The notes beneath the pieces were generated by a model. The model was not told the DNA's origin, made no database searches, and saw only the letters and a program-made list of their open reading frames with translations. A stretch of 59,437 bases of DNA, filler included, from Sphacelaria rigidula (lineage: Eukaryota): NCBI GenBank assembly GCA_964200075.2. It is 7 parts of 7 records of this genome, joined end to end, with 100 filler letters (N's around TTAATTAATTAA, not from the genome) between each part and the next. Parts side by side here need not be neighbours in the genome. Positions count along the whole stretch, not along the records: positions 34,023 to 42,427 come from CAXNAA020011257.1; positions 42,528 to 50,932 come from CAXNAA020011258.1; positions 51,033 to 59,437 come from CAXNAA020011259.1; 4 more parts are not named here. One strand, given 5' to 3'. Shown here piece by piece: positions 38,376-51,719 of the stretch; position 1 is the stretch's first letter; each line of letters starts with the position of its first letter. The position numbers and the translations under genes are program-made.

Positions 38376-40026
38376 TACGAGCTGGCTCACGGTGAACACC
38401 CAAACTTGTGTCATCAGCAAATGCCTTTCGTAATATGCACCCAATAGTCGCATATATCGTATCATACTGCTCGCAATAAAGAGACGAAGAGGGTGACATA
38501 GCCGGATTTTTGTTCAAGGCCGTAGNNNNNNNNNTATGGACGAAAATGTGTCTAAACCAATCAGCGCCCTTCAAACTGTTCCGAGATCAAAATTACGAAT
38601 TCCAAGCCCAATTTTCACCCAATCTCCACATGCTTCAAATCGTAGTATTCGTCATCGGCACGGGAATCTAACGAGAAGAACATTTTTTTCAAAACGGTTA
38701 CTACAGGGGTGGAATTATACCCCAAACCGTGATGTTTCGGTGATGTCGGGTGTTGGCGTTGTGTAATTTTCACTAATGAACGCACGAAAAACCCAGAGAG
38801 CCTCGTGACGGTGTCCCCTATATCTGTCGTAAAAAAGCTCAGATCGTCCTCAAATTTGGCAGTTCCGTACGTATTGATGCTTCAAATGGAAACATTATAT
38901 TCTTGACAATATTTAATGGTTTCTCCGTTCTTTACCGGCTTCCGGGGGTCCCAGTATGACGACCCCCGAAAGGCGGTACACAATGCCCCCCCCCCCCCCC
39001 CCCAAACAACACACGCCCCCGCACGGGGGCCACGGAACACAGAAACAACATTGTTGGGGGAGGGAGAAGANNNNNNNNNNCCCCCGAAAGGCCGCACACA
39101 ATCGCCCCCCCCCCCCCCCAAATAAAATGATCCGTCCCGGAGGTGGTCCAAGGAACACATGTACAACTCTTGGTGGAGGAAGTCGAAAACCTCATACATT
39201 TTTTATTGCCGTGACGTAAAATTCACCCCAAGAGACGTTTCCACACTAAAACCAAGTAGTTAGGAGTTGCACGTTTCAAGCCCACGTCCTCCACAAACGC
39301 GCAAACCTTCACGCCGTTGTTAGTAGTTAGATCCTGAAACTTTGCAGAAATATGCAATGTATCATTAAGCATATTTCGACGGACGAGTTTTGTTTCACTC
39401 CCCGATGTTTTCCACCGTTTTTCGGGGGTCCGACGGGATCCAAGTCGTTTTTCGCAGTAGTTCCACTCTGGGACCCCGGAAAACCGGCACTGAGATGAAT
39501 ATTTTTCATTTTTTCGCGGATGAGCTGTCACCGCATAACCCGAGAAAGGGCCTTACAATTTTTCGTCGCGAAACTCGATCGATTGATGCTTGAATTTTCA
39601 TGTTCACGTCAAAGGAGGCCCAAAAACGCCGTTTTGGTACAAAAATCAAGTCGTTTAAGGTTTCACCGCCGTACGCCAAGGTTTATCGCACAAAAGCGAA
39701 AAACCTCACGCCGTTTTGAGGAGTTAGACCCTGAAATTTTGCACAGCTGTTCTGTGGGTGATACGCAACTTTGGAAGAACGAGTTTATTTCATTTTTCAT
39801 TTTTTTACCGTTCTACGGCGGTCCGACTGGATCGATGTTTTCCCGAGAAAATGAGGACCCCGGAGAAACGGTGAAAAAAAGTAAAAAATCAAACAAACCT
39901 CGTTCTTCGAAAGTGGCGGAATGACCCATGGAACATCTGCGCATAATTTCAGGATCTAACTCCTTCAAACGGCGTGAGGTTTTGCCGATGAGTGTTTTTT
40001 GGGTGTTCACCGTGAACCAGCTCGTA
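38376..40026. mobile_element. Non-autonomous Tc1/mariner-like element (TA + CGAGCTGG TIRs) with an internal fold-back
   Basis: Left TACGAGCTGGCTCACGGTGAACACCCAAA; right (reverse complement) TACGAGCTGGTTCACGGTGAACACCCAAA. An internal ~100-bp inverted repeat pairs 39700-39805 with 39870-39984. Two 10-N gaps lie inside. Confidence 0.75.
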
Positions 40027-41566
40027 TGACATCAATATAACGGTTCACTGTATTGCAATGTACAGAGCTGCACTTGACACGCTGCGAAGAACATTTCATG
40101 CAGTCACAAGTGCAAGTTACACTGCGAGTATGTCTACCTTGTTCTCGCCGCCCCCATACCGGCCCATCTGCTGAAGGCTGATTAGCCTATGGCACCGGAG
40201 TATCCTCCTGGTGCTTGCCTGGAGGATTGAATCTTAGCAACCGCTCAGTTTCGGTAACACCTACGGAGTACATGCCAACCCTCCTCTCCTTCGGCTTGCC
40301 TATGGGGCTCGATGTCAACCAAAACTGTGGCATGCCATCACCTGTCCGTGCCGTCACCCCCCTGCTATCTGCCCAGATAAGTTGACAGCTCAAACCGCTT
40401 CGGATGATAATATCTTTTATCGAGGGATATTATCAACCAAATCATGTGCACCCAGATGGCCGCCAAATGAGACGCCATCATCGGAAGGTAAAGAGTAACC
40501 CCCCCGCCCTCCCCCGCCTCCTCTGGGTTGGCGTCGGTTGGCAATGACGCTGTAAAACACGCCACTCACTGCGTAAGGGAGGCAACCAGGTTACCGCTTT
40601 TTTTTGCGCGCTTGCGTTTTTTTTTTGTGGTGACCATGAGGACGATCGACCTACAGTACAGTACATCACATTGTGCGGGGTGGGAGAACCTCAATTTCGT
40701 GCAAAGGGGATGATCATATCGCGTAGTATTTGGATGATGAGACAACTATGGGTCAGTGCGGAACTAGTAGCTGTCTCTGGCAGTGGCGATACCAGAAAAT
40801 GAAGCAACTCATTAGAGGCTGTCATCCATATCCAAGTTCATCAGCATGCTCCGGGCCGAACAATCTTGAAAGGATGCAGCTCACTCTTCATGCGACTCGC
40901 CGAGCACATCACGGCGATTCGCCCTTGGTGTTTAATTGCGAACCTGGTGCGGCGAAGACCCGTCGTGCTCCGACCCGGCTTTGTAGTTGTAGGGATGCGA
41001 AGTCAATGGTCATATGACAACGGCATGCAAGATCATGAGTACCCCCCCTCCCCCGCCCTGAATGAGACGCCTCTACAATCAGTTCTCGGGCCTTCAAACA
41101 CTTCGCCACCAGGGGGGTGGTACAATCCGTAATCTTGGTTAGTGTTGTCTGTCTTCTCGAGAAAGTGTGGCCTTGGACTATCGAAAAGCTCCATGAATAT
41201 GATCAAGTTACAGCATTAATGTTGGGAGGCTGTCCAGCAGCGGTGGGGTGCTGCTCCCCGTTGCTTACGCGTGATGATCGTTAGTGTGGGCGAGAGAAAG
41301 CCTTGCACTGCGCTCCCACCCTATTAGGCCATGTGTACTGTAAAATAGCAGCCGGTGTGTGGATCGCTGCTATGATCGATACTTGTGATATGTCCTGGGT
41401 CGGCGGAAACCTGAGGAATATCTAGTCAGGGCATTGAGGGGATGCAAGGTCGATTGTCGCTTACAATTCAATTTTTATAGTACCCCCTCTCCCTACTCGT
41501 TTTTTTCCATCTCTCCTCTTGCCGAACGACACTTGTATGGGTGACTTGCGTCAAAACTTGGTGCAG

Positions 41567-41792
41567 GAATCCGTTCATTACCAAGTACGGGATGCTGGCG
41601 GACTACGGAATGGGGGACGATGTGGACGACAATCCCTTGACACAACTGAATCAAGCGGAGTGCCTCCTGGCGCTGTACATGCTGCACAAGGAGACTGGAG
41701 GAGGGAGCAATGGGGAGTTGGCGTTGGAAAGAAAAGATAGCATTGATTTTCTGGATGCAGATAGGCTCGAGGTTCTCCAGGGTGGTGGATAG
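41567..41792 (+). CDS. Terminal coding exon of an unidentified protein
   Basis: GTGCAG acceptor, then an open frame NPFITKYGMLADYGMGDDVDDNPLTQLNQAECLLALYMLHKETGGGSNGELALERKDSIDFLDADRLEVLQGGG* with coding-like codon usage. Upstream exons not securely identified. Confidence 0.6.
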
Positions 41793-43622
41793 TACTGGCT
41801 GTATGACTGGATAAGGCTGTTGAATTGTTTTTTTTAGTAATGTACGATCATGTACGACAGATCGTTTCTGTTTGTGCGACGAGCTGCTGGTACAGTATTG
41901 GTCGATTGGGTAGGCAGTTCGTTTCTGTTAGGTGACGTCTTTATTGCACCTTGGAGTAATTAATTCCGCCTATTAAGGTGCCCAAGAGTACGATAATGTG
42001 GGCCATCATGCTTTGATCTCAAAATGAGGTGTTGGCGACTCGGATTGAAAAGAAACGCTTGCGGGCGAAAACTGGGCATGCGTGTATATTGTATCTTTGA
42101 TGGGCATGTCTGATGCGAGAGATGTGCCTTCCTGCCCGCGACACTATCCTCTTTCTTTCAGGGCGTGGCCGAAACGCTCCGGTGTGGGGGTTTTGCTATT
42201 TCGGTTCTGTGTCGGACAGTGTTGTGTTGCGTCATTGCTATCGTATGCACCGATTTTTGCAAAAACACGATCCAAAAATACGTACTGACTCTCACGTACG
42301 GCATCTGCGAAGCGGGACCGAATTGCATCACACCCTAGACAGAAGATTCTACTGTGTGTGTTGTGTGTGTTGTCGTCCCATTTATTCTGGGCACCAGTCT
42401 ACACCTTTCGGTGTATGTGGGTGCATCNNNNNNNNNNNNNNNNNNNNNNNNNNNNNNNNNNNNNNNNNNNNTTAATTAATTAANNNNNNNNNNNNNNNNN
42501 NNNNNNNNNNNNNNNNNNNNNNNNNNNATCCCGGCTTTGTAGGGATGCAAGGTCAATGGTCTTATGACTATGGCATGCATGATCATGTGTACACCCCTCC
42601 CACCCCCCGGTGGTAGCGTGACTCGAGAGTGTTCCGTGATATGTGATCCCGTGGGTCAGTTTGATGAACACGACTGGTGTAATCGATCAAAGGACACGGC
42701 TGTCAACCAATCAGGATGTTGTACAAGAGTAGTTTTGTATAGCCAGGCAAGACAAAGAGGAGGAAATGAATCGGTGTGGGTGCAACCTCATAGCCGATCA
42801 CAAGGACTTTATGTACGTGGGTCATAATCACACTCACGCCAACTATGGGTGGTGAGTCCCACCGCATGTAACGGTCAAAACATGGAACACAAATGCCTGA
42901 CTACGGTATCATACGTCCAGAACCGTAGACTCTACCAATGAGTCTGTTCACAGGAATATGGTTTAGGGCGAATATATCTTGTGTTGAAAGATATCCGATG
43001 AATTATGTCAGACGCTCCCTGTAGGGTTTTGCAGGCGTTTTTGGCATGCACAAGGCTTTCCTCCCTCTACACTGAATGGATTACTGTGAAACAAAAGATT
43101 ACGGTGTGTAGATGGGGGATCAGGTAGATACATTGAAAAATGCTTGGTGGGCGACGGATGTCTTCGCACAACTTTCTGGGTTTTGTTGTGTTGTGAGGTC
43201 TTTCGATCACTCTCGTCGTACCGCCAATTCAGATGTTGACAGACCTGTTCGTACCCACGTCCGGTGCAAGAAGAAGCGATGTATGTGTTGGGGTGTACTC
43301 ATGATCTTACATGCCGTAGTCGTATGGGCATTGACCTCGCATCCCTACAAAGTCGGGACAGAGCACGCCGGATTTCCGCCGGACCTGGTTCGCAATCACC
43401 AAGCACGAAGTGCCGAGATGTATTTGGTGAGCGAGTTGCATGAAGAGTGAGCTGTATCGTGCGAAAACTGTTCGGCCCAAAGCGTACTGATTATCTTGTA
43501 CATGGGCGGCAGCCTCGAATGGGTTGCTCCATTTTCTGCTATCACCACGTTCAGAGACAGCCACCGGTTACGCACGCGTCATTGGTGTTTCCCCTTTTGT
43601 GAGGAGTGTAGGTTATCCACCC

Positions 43623-43833
43623 TGTAATGCGTGAGAGGATCGCGTGCTTAGAGGACCGCGCCGTAGTTCAAAACACGTCAGGATCGACGCTTTTCAAGAC
43701 CAATCGGGCCAGTCCCTGCAGGTACCACGCCCCTGACTATAACCCTAACACTAACCCTGACCCCAACCCTAGTCATAGGGATGTTCAAATTCCGATGCGA
43801 TCCTCTAAGCACGCGGTCCTCTCACGCATTACA
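43623..43833. mobile_element. 211-bp MITE with TGT...ACA termini, ~37-bp TIRs, 5-bp TSD (CACCC) and internal CCCTAA-like repeats
   Basis: Left TGTAATGCGTGAGAGGATCGCGTGCTTAGAGGACCGC; right (reverse complement) TGTAATGCGTGAGAGGACCGCGTGCTTAGAGGATCGC. CACCC at 43618-43622 and 43834-43838. Confidence 0.9.
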
Positions 43834-45733
43834 CACCCCACACAATATGATCTAACTCGACCACCATCATGGTTTCCGCACGAAAAAGCGCAAACGAGAA
43901 CCCCCCCCCGGCCACGTGTTGCGTAGCTTTATGCAGTGAGTGACGTGCTCTTCAGCGTCGTCTACAAGGCGGCCACCAATACATGTTGTTGGTCACAATA
44001 GGATATCAATTGCGCCCGACAATGTCTATATAGGGTCATAATATAATCTGAATCGCGGTTACCAACCGACGCGCGCCCTCGAAACGGTGGGGAAGACCTT
44101 CCAGTAATATATGTGTTCTTGAGCGGACCCAAGCTGGTCGTTCCGAGCTTAAACCGTGTTCCGAAGTAATTTTAGAACGGTGTTTTGTTTATTGCCTAGT
44201 CGTGTAAGGCACGGCCTAGCCGACTGGTCGCACCCAATACACCACACCCAGCAAACTTCATATCTTAGACTGGGAATTATGATCGTGACGGATCAGTCGA
44301 GAACGGATGGGTTTACGTACGGGAGGAACTACCGACGGCGACTCTCTTCCCAGCACCCACCACGCATACGGTCTGGTGAAAACTCGAGCACGCGTGGTAG
44401 TACTGTCGGAAGTTCCTTTGACGGTTATCGTTGCTCGTCCTGGTACAACAGCAGACAATATTTCTTAGCATCCTTCGTCTAGCTACTATTACATGGTATT
44501 CCGGACATGCGCGGACGAAACGATGAACCAGATATCACCGTTCACCAACAAACTAACAACGGCGGTACTGGAAGGAACTTGCACCAGCAACTCACAAAAC
44601 GCCCACCACCACGTACGCCCGAATTCGGCACTCGCCACGAATCACAATGAATAACCCACTGGATCGAAGTACCCATACATACAAGTACATACACGCCACA
44701 ATGTATGCCTGCGCATCAAGTTCCCTGCACGGACACCCACCTGAATGACCCAAGGACGTCACGCACAACGACACAACATACTCTCGAAACGAAAACGTCG
44801 GCACCATTCTGGGCTAACTGCGGGAAACCCTCAACAGGGTCATTGGTTCTCGCACACGCTTACGTACACACCTATATCTTCTGATCACCCTGAGAGAGGG
44901 ACGGGTTTGCTTACCTTGAAAGAGGGGTGGGTCTGCTCACCCTAAGAGAGGGAGGATATGATGCCCCGCAAAATATCGGCAGCAACTAAACCCGCGCTTC
45001 TACTTTTATTTCAAGACAAATTCCATCGTAAGCGCGCCCGCCAAATATGTATCTTTATCTTTGTCTTTACCGTGCCCACCACAATGCTCTTCACCTCAGC
45101 GGACGGAGTTTTACAACCGAACGAGTTGTTCTTTGTGAACAAAATTTTATGAACCTAATTCAAGCGACTGTCATCGGATACCTCCGCTGCACGTCATCAC
45201 ACTACCGCTGAAGGCCTGAAAGGGGTCTAGTGTCGCTTCCTCAGCATGTCTGCTTGCGACCTATCGTCAATACAGGCATAGTCTACCGAAATATTGCATT
45301 ATGGTGCACTCTTTCATACTCCGTATATATATAAATTTATATGATGTACGGGCGCACTGCTTTCCGGAGTCAAGTGTTTCACTCGGACCATCGACCAGGG
45401 ACGCATTCCCCTCACCATCGATGCCGTTAGAAAACACCAAGATGACGGCGTCGAACGACAACAGTCCAACTCTTGCACTGCAACACGAGCCGCACAACTT
45501 GAGGGAGCCCTCTGCCGCACCAGTACAAATATGAACAACAAAAACGAGTCTCACACTATGGCACGTACAATCCACGGAGCAGTACACTCCACATACACTC
45601 CAGCTGAGTGAAGATCAGATGACGACGCGCGACACGGCTTGGATCGACCTCCGTATGCAGAGGAACATCAGCGCCCGCGGACCATTTTCCCCCCGTTAGC
45701 CACCGCTTCGGGGTTATTGCTTCTTCACTCCGA

Positions 45734-48700
45734 TTACGACTCGTACACGTTCATGGCGAAGCTTCCACCACAGATCTCTCCGGGAGCTCCAGAACACGCC
45801 ATTGTGCAGCCGTCGGATTCACCGTGGCGAGCGTATTCGTCGTCGTCACCGCACCAGCACTGCAGATGTACATGCACGACAATGGGCGCGCGCGAACGGT
45901 TGGAAACATTCAGCCGGCTTGAGTTGAGAGAGCAACAAAAGTAGGATCCCATCTTCTCCCGGCATACATCATGTGCGAGGCACGTTCTCGCGCGATCAAC
46001 GTTACTGTTGTTCCTCTTGCTACTACTTCGATGTATCTATTTATAGTGCCAGTCTCGGCGCGTTGATACTCCTAGGAACCGAGCACGCTCGTGGCATGGG
46101 ACGAAGTATTCGAAGATCACAACTCTTGGCCTGGTCCCCACGCTTAACTCTAGATTAATTCCATCTGCGGAGGGCTTACCTCGCTTCTGTACTGAGTTGC
46201 GTAGTACTTGGAGCCATCGCAGGTTTCAGCACAGAGCTGGGTATGCGGCAACCAGCATGAACAGCGAAGAGGGATGGGAGGGCGGAACGGGCAGGGGGGA
46301 GGAAAGACGTTCAGGCAAGGGAGTGGTTCGCTGTGCAGAGGGTGCAGAGGAGGAGTGCTTGTTTCGGGTGCCGTCATAACATTCGCGAAACGGATCGACC
46401 TGTGTGCCCTACCAGCGCGAGCTACCATTTAGTCACGTGAACATCGGTTTAACCTCCAGGGTCGGATCCATTTGCGATCCTTGCGCAGATGATGTGCGGT
46501 TGACGTCTAACCCCACCATAAGAACCGAGGAAAATCCCCGCCGCGGGGAGAAAATTAAGAATTTGTGGCAGAGATACGTGGCACATTGCGCATGTCCACA
46601 ACCTGTTCACGTTTACCGTGTTTACCTCGTATCAACAGCGTGAGTAATCCAAGAAAAATGGACTTCATGTCCTTGTTGCTGGCTAGTGTACGGGACCCAC
46701 CGCTGTGGTCATGTCGGTGCTGCTCAGGGTCTTCTCGAAGACGCGATCAGCAGCCGTGTCAGCATAGCAACCGAGGCCACCGCCGCTGACCACGTTGGGC
46801 TTGTAGATGCTGATTGCATCGCGTCCACCGCAGAATTCGCTCTCATCGCCGCCACAAGCGAAGTCGCAGGCGTCCCATGTCAACTCGGGATTGTCGCCTT
46901 CGACGCCGCAGAAGCACTGCATGATCGAGTGATGACAACGTAGATCAAGGGGGGACGGGGTGGGTCGATGCGAATGGATGGGTTAAGTGGGCACACCGTG
47001 CCTAGCCTGTATCCCATGTACAAGGGAGACTTCCCTCCGAAGTGCTTCTATCAAAACGTATGAAGCTGATGCGCATCGAATGGATCGCATGTGAAATGGG
47101 TCGCATGTGCCACACGCTGCCGCATATATCGTTCAAGAAAATATGTCATGTGAAGTCGGTTCTCGGAGTGAAATACTCCCGACAGTTTCTTGTGGTGTAC
47201 CTTCTGAATCCGTAAGGTACATCGATTTCTCAGCCGTTCAAACCCGAGCTCATCCATTTGAGTCGGCAGCATGTCGATGAGTCCATACATCATGTCGATG
47301 TACCGCTTCCGTGTGTTGACTCGTGGGTGTACTGTCACTTCTAAAGCAAATTTGCCCACTTATTCGTGGCCAAAAGATGAGGTCGTGTGTGTAGTCAAAG
47401 TACGCGGTAACATCATCACAGCAAGAGCGAGAAATCTAGCAAATGAACGCCCATGGCGATGCCGCAATGAAAATGCTCCTAGGCATACCTCTGTATCAGC
47501 GTATTCGCTTGGGTTCGTGCACCTATATATGACATATTCTGTTTTCCTCAAATAATGCCGTCAAGATGGCCGCAACAATGCGAACAATAACCTAAAGCAC
47601 AAAATGGAGGATGCCAGTGCGGCACGATGTGGAGATTACCGGCTATTCCATAATCAACTCTCATACCAGACCCTCATCAATTTCGAGGAGCCTTATCAAG
47701 TTCCATATTTGGGTATCCCTTGTAGGAACCAATGAATCCCAGCTCAACACAACGTCGCACCCACCTCCACCGCGTATTCAGTTCCGAACCATGGGGCACC
47801 CTCGCAGAATGTAAAGCACAACTATTTCCAAACGTCAAACACAGGGGAGCGCGAAAGGGAAGGCGGGGGGGGGGTGAGGGGGGCAGAGACGAGGGTCGGG
47901 TGTGATCAGTGAATCTCGGGTGAATATGCAGACACTGCACAGCTCGTCAAAATATTCGTGTACATGCACCATTGAGCTAGTTGTACGTTCGCCTCGGGTA
48001 TGGATTGAACTCCCGAAAAGCCCTCAGCCTCATCGCAGCCGTAGCGTTGAACACAACCCCCAACATCATTGCGAACAGTCATGCTCCTGTACGTATAACA
48101 TATGTTCCTCACGTCGGCCGTCATGGCGGGGTCAACCAACTTCTCTCCGGAGAGCACGCGGTCGCGTCCGTCTACAAAGCAGCCCACGTAGCTGTACTTG
48201 GAGTACGCATAGATTTCGATCGCATTGGTGCCGCCGCAGGTCTGGGAATCATCTCCGCTGCACGGAAAGGTGCACCTGGTGGATGGACCGTACTCTTCGG
48301 GGTCATCCGTGGCAAACCCGCAGTAGCACTGTAGTAAAACGCGATTCGATGTTGTTCACGACCGATGGGGAGTGGGGGTAGGGCAAGGGGGGCACGGAGT
48401 GTGATGTGAACGTACGTCTGGTTTAGGCTTCGACGTTTCGTCCGCCGCGACATGGATCACATGACGTGTCCTGTATGAACGTTTCAGGCGCTAGTCTTCC
48501 AAACCTGCACAGGAAACACCGTGTCCACCTGGATACATAATTTAACCCATAAAGATTGAGGAGAAGGTAGGGTTCAGGCGGGCAGTGAAATCATTAAACT
48601 TCTCTTTTCTCATACCGGTAACATGTGTTAGATAGTGTGAAGGGCCGTACTATGACGTGCACATTGTCACCTCGTTGCCGTATTGTGTTCCGAAGTAAGC

Positions 48701-50847
48701 CGATGCGGGTCCAGCACAGTAAGCGGCGCACTCCTGTACTCCCGAGAGACGGTGAACAAACGAAACGTATTGAGCGTAGCCGAATGGCGTAGCAGTAGAG
48801 CGCAACGGCTTTGCAAAGTCAGCGCTTGTGTGGAAATAGTTCTGTGCGCGTAACGGAACGTCAGCTAAACGGTACCTGCCAAACGTGACACATCATGTGT
48901 AACGATGTATACAACTGTCACTGCCGAGAACAAAGACGAATTTGACCGCGAGTGCAGAGTATGGGGAGCGTTGGATGATTAAAGCTGGTCAATTAGTGAA
49001 GTAACTCTAACGGTTCAATGGTCAATGTCAACAGCGTGATCGGAATACACCGCGCTAGGAGCATTGGCAAGTCCTGGATGATTAATGCCGGCCACCGGTG
49101 AAGTAGAAATACATCACATCGCACCGAAAAACCCATAGCATGGACTCCTTGACAACCGAGTGATCCAGGTATTATGCTTTCAAGTGAAAGTTAAACGAAT
49201 TTCATGCCAACTTTGACCAACGAACCACCCGTGGTAACATAGCACAAACTCAACTTGATCCACATAAACGTTTTTTTGTTTTTCAAGATATCTGATGGCA
49301 CCTGTGGTACAGCATCACGAGCGAAACGTACCTCAGTGGTCATATCGGGTTGCCCCTTCTGAGATGCACCAGACAATACACGGTCAGCCGCGTCGTCGGT
49401 CCAGCAGCCAAGAGGCTCGTAGTTGATCGTAGGCATGCTCGTGGGGGGGGCGGTGGTGGGCGGCGCGGTGGTCGGCGGCGCGGTGGTCGGCGGCGCGGTG
49501 GTCGGCGGCGCAGTGGTTGGGGGAGCAGTCGACGGGGGCGGGGTAGTTACCGGCTGGAATTCTCCCACAGGGCCCTGCGTTCGAGAACGTCGGAAACATA
49601 CGTGCGGAACGGTGGACAAAGGTGCGATCGTGGTAACGTGAAGATTGGTGGTGTGATCAGTGGCGGGGTATATGTAGGGCGGGCGACGATGCAGTGTGCC
49701 TACATGGGTAGCACAGAATGCCAATTTTATTCCGAAAATGAATACGTTCATGCTGTGTGTTGGGCGCATTGAAACACTCCGGTACGAGTGATACCGTTGA
49801 CTTTGCACTCATCGTCCAGGTACACCTCGCGTTCAAAATGCATCAAATCAAAATGCATCTAATGGAGAATAAATGGCCGGCAAACTTGACCGCTCGAAGT
49901 ATAGGGCCAGCCGCACAACGGTTCTCGCTGAACGTCAAGACGTTTCATCCAACGACCCGAGTAGACACACGACGTCGTAGCACGTGGGAAAAGTCAAGGA
50001 ACTACGACAACTCGTCGAGTTGTCGAGCCAACACCCGCATGGATAAAGAAACAGCCATGCGGTTTCACTTCAGAATCGCATTGATGGTAAGAAAAAGTTC
50101 TAGACTGCGCACCATGTTGATCCGGATGGCCCTCGCGCAGTCTTCGGTTTCGGTGCCCGTGGGCTGGTCTCTGTAGTTGACTGACGGGTTGGAGAAGTGG
50201 TTGATCCTCGGTGCCCGCATTGCCGGGCACTTGATGCTCATGATGGTGCTGAACCTGCAATACATTCATGTCAAGGCGATCAGCATTTTGAAAAAAACAA
50301 AAAAGATCAGCAACATGAGAACACGTTGCTACATGAAAACCAGCGAAGCAACAAAACAAATGATAAGCGCAGCCACCCCGTCTGTACCGTTACGACGTCA
50401 TCCGTCTCGTAATTTCACGCGCGGGAAAATCAACTACCACATCACGCCACGGGACCAAATCTCGGGAAGTTACGCCGTCGAGTCATCACATGCTCATCCT
50501 CGCCTTTACTCGCACCGATGGAACGGCTATCCCCCGTTTGTTCCCTTTTCTCAGTCCCCGTTCCACGCGCACTGTTCTCGCGCGAGTGATATTGAAAAAA
50601 GCGATCGGACTATAACATCGTCGCGTCGAGGCGGTATCAGTGCCTTATCATCATCACACTTGATACTCACGGGTTGTCTCCCTCGCAAACACGGTACCCG
50701 TGCTCGTATTCCTTGTCGATCGACGAGTCTTCCCTGTTTCGGTTGCAGCCCAGGTTGAACCCGAACGCGTGAGACTGGGACAGGTTCTCGATGCAAACCG
50801 GGTTCACGACAGAGAAACCGGCGAGCGCATCTCCGTTGAAGTTGTAA
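45734..50847 (-). CDS. Metzincin-like (reprolysin/peptidyl-Asp metallopeptidase type) domain with a degenerate Zn motif + Pro/Thr linker + 3 WSC domains; 5'-partial
   Basis: GT-AG exons 50847-50671, 50254-50113, 49574-49332, 48733-48671, 48328-48113, 47821-47765, 46916-46701, 46236-46180, 45859-45734 splice in frame. They give ...SQSHAFGFNLGCNRNRED...HGYRVC...FSTIMS...RINHFSNP, then (PPTTA)n, then three WSC repeats GC(W/F/Y).D...R...MT...C...C.....(G/A)T.Y..EC.CG...C...C.G.....CGG..A...Y ending at a stop codon. Confidence 0.92.
49447..49545 (-). repeat. 15-bp coding minisatellite encoding a PPTTA linker
   Basis: GGCGGCGCGGTGGTC units on the plus strand; translates to TTPPPSTAPPTTAPPTTAPPTTAPPTTAPPTTAPPT. 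Confidence 0.9.
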
Positions 50848-51193
50848 CTGTTTCAAAGAAAGCGGATCGGTAAGGCCAGGGTCGAGCGGAAACGGGAGGC
50901 GTTGCCAGTATTGGTAAGATTACAGGAAGAAGNNNNNNNNNNNNNNNNNNNNNNNNNNNNNNNNNNNNNNNNNNNNTTAATTAATTAANNNNNNNNNNNN
51001 NNNNNNNNNNNNNNNNNNNNNNNNNNNNNNNNGCCCACATATACCGAAAGGTGTAGACTGGTGCCCAGAATGAATGGGACGACAACACACACAACAACAT
51101 CGAGCACCCCACGGATACCGTGTGAAATTAGTGTACAGTAGCCTCCCTACCCGTCAGGTACTCAGGGGCCACGAGTTGTTCCATATCCCCTTA

Positions 51194-51285
51194 CACACTG
51201 CGCATGAATTGCCTTACAATGTGATAACGCTACGAACTGCACGCTGCGCTTGAATTGCCTTACAATGTGATAACGCTACGAACTG
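51194..51285 (+). repeat. Tandem repeat, 2 x 46 bp
   Basis: CAC.CTGCGC.TGAATTGCCTTACAATGTGATAACGCTACGAACTG twice, 2 mismatches. Confidence 0.85.
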
Positions 51286-51719
51286 ATTCCAACTTCCTGT
51301 TTCCGGGTGTGTTGTTAGAGTAGAGATGCTCCTGGCCAGACGCGTGCCGACGATCGCTTGCCATCAGCTCTTCGTGACCAGATACGCAAGACGTTAAACC
51401 ACATGATGGTGCTAGTACTTTCACATGCATCTGTCCTGGACGACAATTGGGTGGCCCTTAATCGAATTGAATAAAGACGCCGCCCACCGACGTTAAAACT
51501 CAGAGGTGCTATACAGCGCCGTGTCTACCGCGGCAGAGCGTTGAGCGACACAATGGTGTGCACGCGAGAAAATTTCGTCAATACTTTGCTCTGATTTCTC
51601 AGTGATGTAGTTTCTCCGCCTCTCAGACCGCCCACTCTCGGAGGTGAAGCGACCGCGCCCTGAGGACCAGCACAACAGCGGAATATCGAGCTCCGAACAA
51701 CAACAGGTCGCTTCACTAC

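Noticed and set aside
25762-50847. Defence gene cluster (lipoxygenase + WSC peptidase-like gene)
   Set aside because: The genes are on different contigs joined artificially.
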